From: a virus
Lineage: Duplodnaviria > Caudoviricetes
Direction: 5' to 3' (one strand)
Length of the DNA: 60,288 nt
IMG/VR virus record: IMGVR_UViG_3300050021_000294
Coordinates: 1-60,288 of that record
Position numbers and translations under genes: made by a program. Shown here piece by piece: positions 58,637 through 60,288 of the stretch. The notes beneath the pieces are model-generated. The model did not search any database. It had not been told where the DNA came from and saw nothing but the letters and a program-made list of their open reading frames with translations. Every line of letters starts with the position of its first letter. The stretch's first letter is position 1.

Positions 58637-58846
58637 ATGAAGATCAAAACGCTGTTAAAAGACTTTGCTGAAGCAAGAAAGCGACGTCAACAACGCATTC
58701 TTTACAAACTTGCTGTTGATGGCAAAACACGTCTCTACTTCATGGGATTTGGTGTCTATCTACCAGATCGCGAAAATGCCATACGGTATAACAAGAACCA
58801 TCTACCAAGAATTTTGGCAGATGGCGTCAGAAGTGAATTGGCTTAA
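58637..58846 (+). CDS. small early hypothetical protein
   Basis: GGAG RBS after a promoter motif. Confidence 0.6.
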   Translation: MKIKTLLKDFAEARKRRQQRILYKLAVDGKTRLYFMGFGVYLPDRENAIRYNKNHLPRILADGVRSELA

Positions 58847-58919
58847 ATAACACAAGGGGACACAACTGGAATATTCCAGTTGTGTTACTTTCTCAACAAC
58901 AGTGTGTTTCAATTAAATT

Positions 58920-58933
58920 CAGATATATACTAC
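58920..58933 (+). promoter_or_regulatory. early promoter motif
   Basis: CAGATATATACTAC. Confidence 0.65.
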
Positions 58934-58985
58934 CCAGGCGATGATACTCCACAAATATCATCAAAACAACTAACAGGAGACAATC

Positions 58986-59252
58986 ATGCCGGATATCACA
59001 CTTACTTCTGACCAAGTCAAACTAGCCAGAGATGTGTTTTTGGGAACTTGTTTGCTTTCACAAAACGATCAGATTGCAGCAGCGTATTCTAGCATACACA
59101 ACATCAGAACTGACTTTTCTACTCCAGTGGATCCTGTCTGGTATGCTCCATTGAAAATAATATACGACGAGATACAATTGCTTCCTGCCAGACAACGCAG
59201 GATTCGATCAAATGCCCGCCTGACACACCGCATTTTGAATAACCTTCCATAA
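58986..59252 (+). CDS. small early hypothetical protein
   Basis: AGGAG RBS; promoter upstream, hairpin downstream. Confidence 0.65.
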   Translation: MPDITLTSDQVKLARDVFLGTCLLSQNDQIAAAYSSIHNIRTDFSTPVDPVWYAPLKIIYDEIQLLPARQRRIRSNARLTHRILNNLP

Positions 59253-59258
59253 CGAATA

Positions 59259-59296
59259 CTATCATGCTGAGGGGAGAAATTCCCTCAGCATGATAG
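59259..59296. terminator. hairpin terminator
   Basis: CTATCATGCTGAGGG..CCCTCAGCATGATAG. Confidence 0.7.
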
Positions 59297-59335
59297 ATTC
59301 TATTTTATATGGGTTTACTGCGTTTCATCGTATTT

Positions 59336-59349
59336 CAGATACATACTAC
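59336..59349 (+). promoter_or_regulatory. early promoter motif
   Basis: CAGATACATACTAC. Confidence 0.6.
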
Positions 59350-59408
59350 ACCAATGATAGAAAGAGAATAAATAACTCTTCTAGTAACCCACATAAGGAA
59401 TTGTTCCT

Positions 59409-59975
59409 ATGAATACCAAGATCATCATTGCTGCTGCTGTCGGTACAGTTTCGGCTGTTGTCGTCGGCGGAGCTATCTGCTACAAGTTCTGCAAGAAGGC
59501 CAAGACTCCGGCGGCGATTCCTTCGACGACCGCACCAGCTGCGCCGGCTCCCGCCAAGCAGTATCTCGCCCCCTTCATCAAGATGATGATGGATCACAAT
59601 ATCCCGGTCGACCACAACATCGACATCGGCACCACCGACTATCTCGACTACCCCGTGAAGAACCGGTTGTTCTGCGGATTCGACGCACAGGGTCGGGCGT
59701 TCGTCAACCTTCCGCTCAAGGTGGCGAAACGCATCAATGGGATCGATTGGACGCAGTATGATGCTGCGGTGGTGCTGTTTCAGAGGGAAGCCTCGGACCA
59801 TACGCTCTTCGTGCTGGGTGGCGATACCAGCACGATCCTGCCGGATGATTTTCCCGGAAACGATTTCTCAGAAGGCTGGACCTTCGATCCGCTCCTGGCT
59901 TTGCTGGAAGGAAAGATGTTGTTGAATACCAAGAACAACACCACTTACGAGATCATCCTCGGGAAAGTTGGCTAA
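59409..59975 (+). CDS. membrane-anchored early protein
   Basis: N-terminal TM helix, Pro/Ala linker, globular domain; AAGGA RBS; GC-rich codon usage. Confidence 0.7.
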   Translation: MNTKIIIAAAVGTVSAVVVGGAICYKFCKKAKTPAAIPSTTAPAAPAPAKQYLAPFIKMMMDHNIPVDHNIDIGTTDYLDYPVKNRLFCGFDAQGRAFVNLPLKVAKRINGIDWTQYDAAVVLFQREASDHTLFVLGGDTSTILPDDFPGNDFSEGWTFDPLLALLEGKMLLNTKNNTTYEIILGKVG

Positions 59976-60041
59976 CTCGTTCTCTGCATGCCGTGCCTAA
60001 AACTCCGTCTTTCACAATTCTGTTCATCAAGGAAGTTCATC

Positions 60042-60221
60042 ATGTCTGAAGAAAAAGTCGCCGGCTACATCATCCTCGGCGTTGGTGCTGTCGGCATCAC
60101 GCTCTGTGCCATCAACCTGGTGCGTCTCACCAAGTGGGCCTACACCCGGGTCAAGTTCGAAAGGCGTCATGCCCAGCCGAAGGTCGCCTCGACCAAACCC
60201 GCCTCGCCCATCGCCGCCTGA
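60042..60221 (+). CDS. small membrane protein
   Basis: AAGGA RBS before ATG 60042; one TM helix. Confidence 0.6.
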   Translation: MSEEKVAGYIILGVGAVGITLCAINLVRLTKWAYTRVKFERRHAQPKVASTKPASPIAA

Positions 60222-60288
60222 ACATCAAGTGTGTGAGACTGTGATCCACAATGGATCACAGTCGGCCATTTAGTAAATAGGAGGCTTA

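Noticed and set aside
1-60288. tRNA or rRNA genes
   Set aside because: No cloverleaf with a T-loop GTTCRA or rRNA-like tract seen in the intergenic gaps; a tRNA scan would confirm

Overview
This AT-rich, densely coded window is best read as part of a nucleus-forming, phiKZ-like jumbo phage genome (Chimalliviridae-type). It carries a DnaB-like helicase, a UvsX/RecA recombinase, a class II (B12) ribonucleotide reductase, a variable tail-fibre/chaperone cassette and virion structural blocks. It also carries the conserved block: putative chimallin, split non-virion RNA polymerase subunits (NADFDGD intact), SbcD/Mre11 nuclease, putative ChmC and PicA, and an SF2 helicase. About 11 copies of an early-promoter motif (YAGAYATATATTAY) and many long perfect hairpins punctuate the genes. 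Four observations stand out. (1) Two non-identical TnpB-derived cassettes keep only the first ~27 tnpB codons fused to an omegaRNA-like scaffold with compensatory stem changes and different putative guides, each behind a phage early promoter. (2) A GATC-rich double-hairpin repeat follows the helicase and chimallin genes. (3) Two tandem NAD-ligase OB-Zn-HhH-like paralogues lack the catalytic domain. (4) A structured ~165-nt leader precedes the putative chimallin gene. All homology calls come from motif recognition and gene order; no database searches were run.
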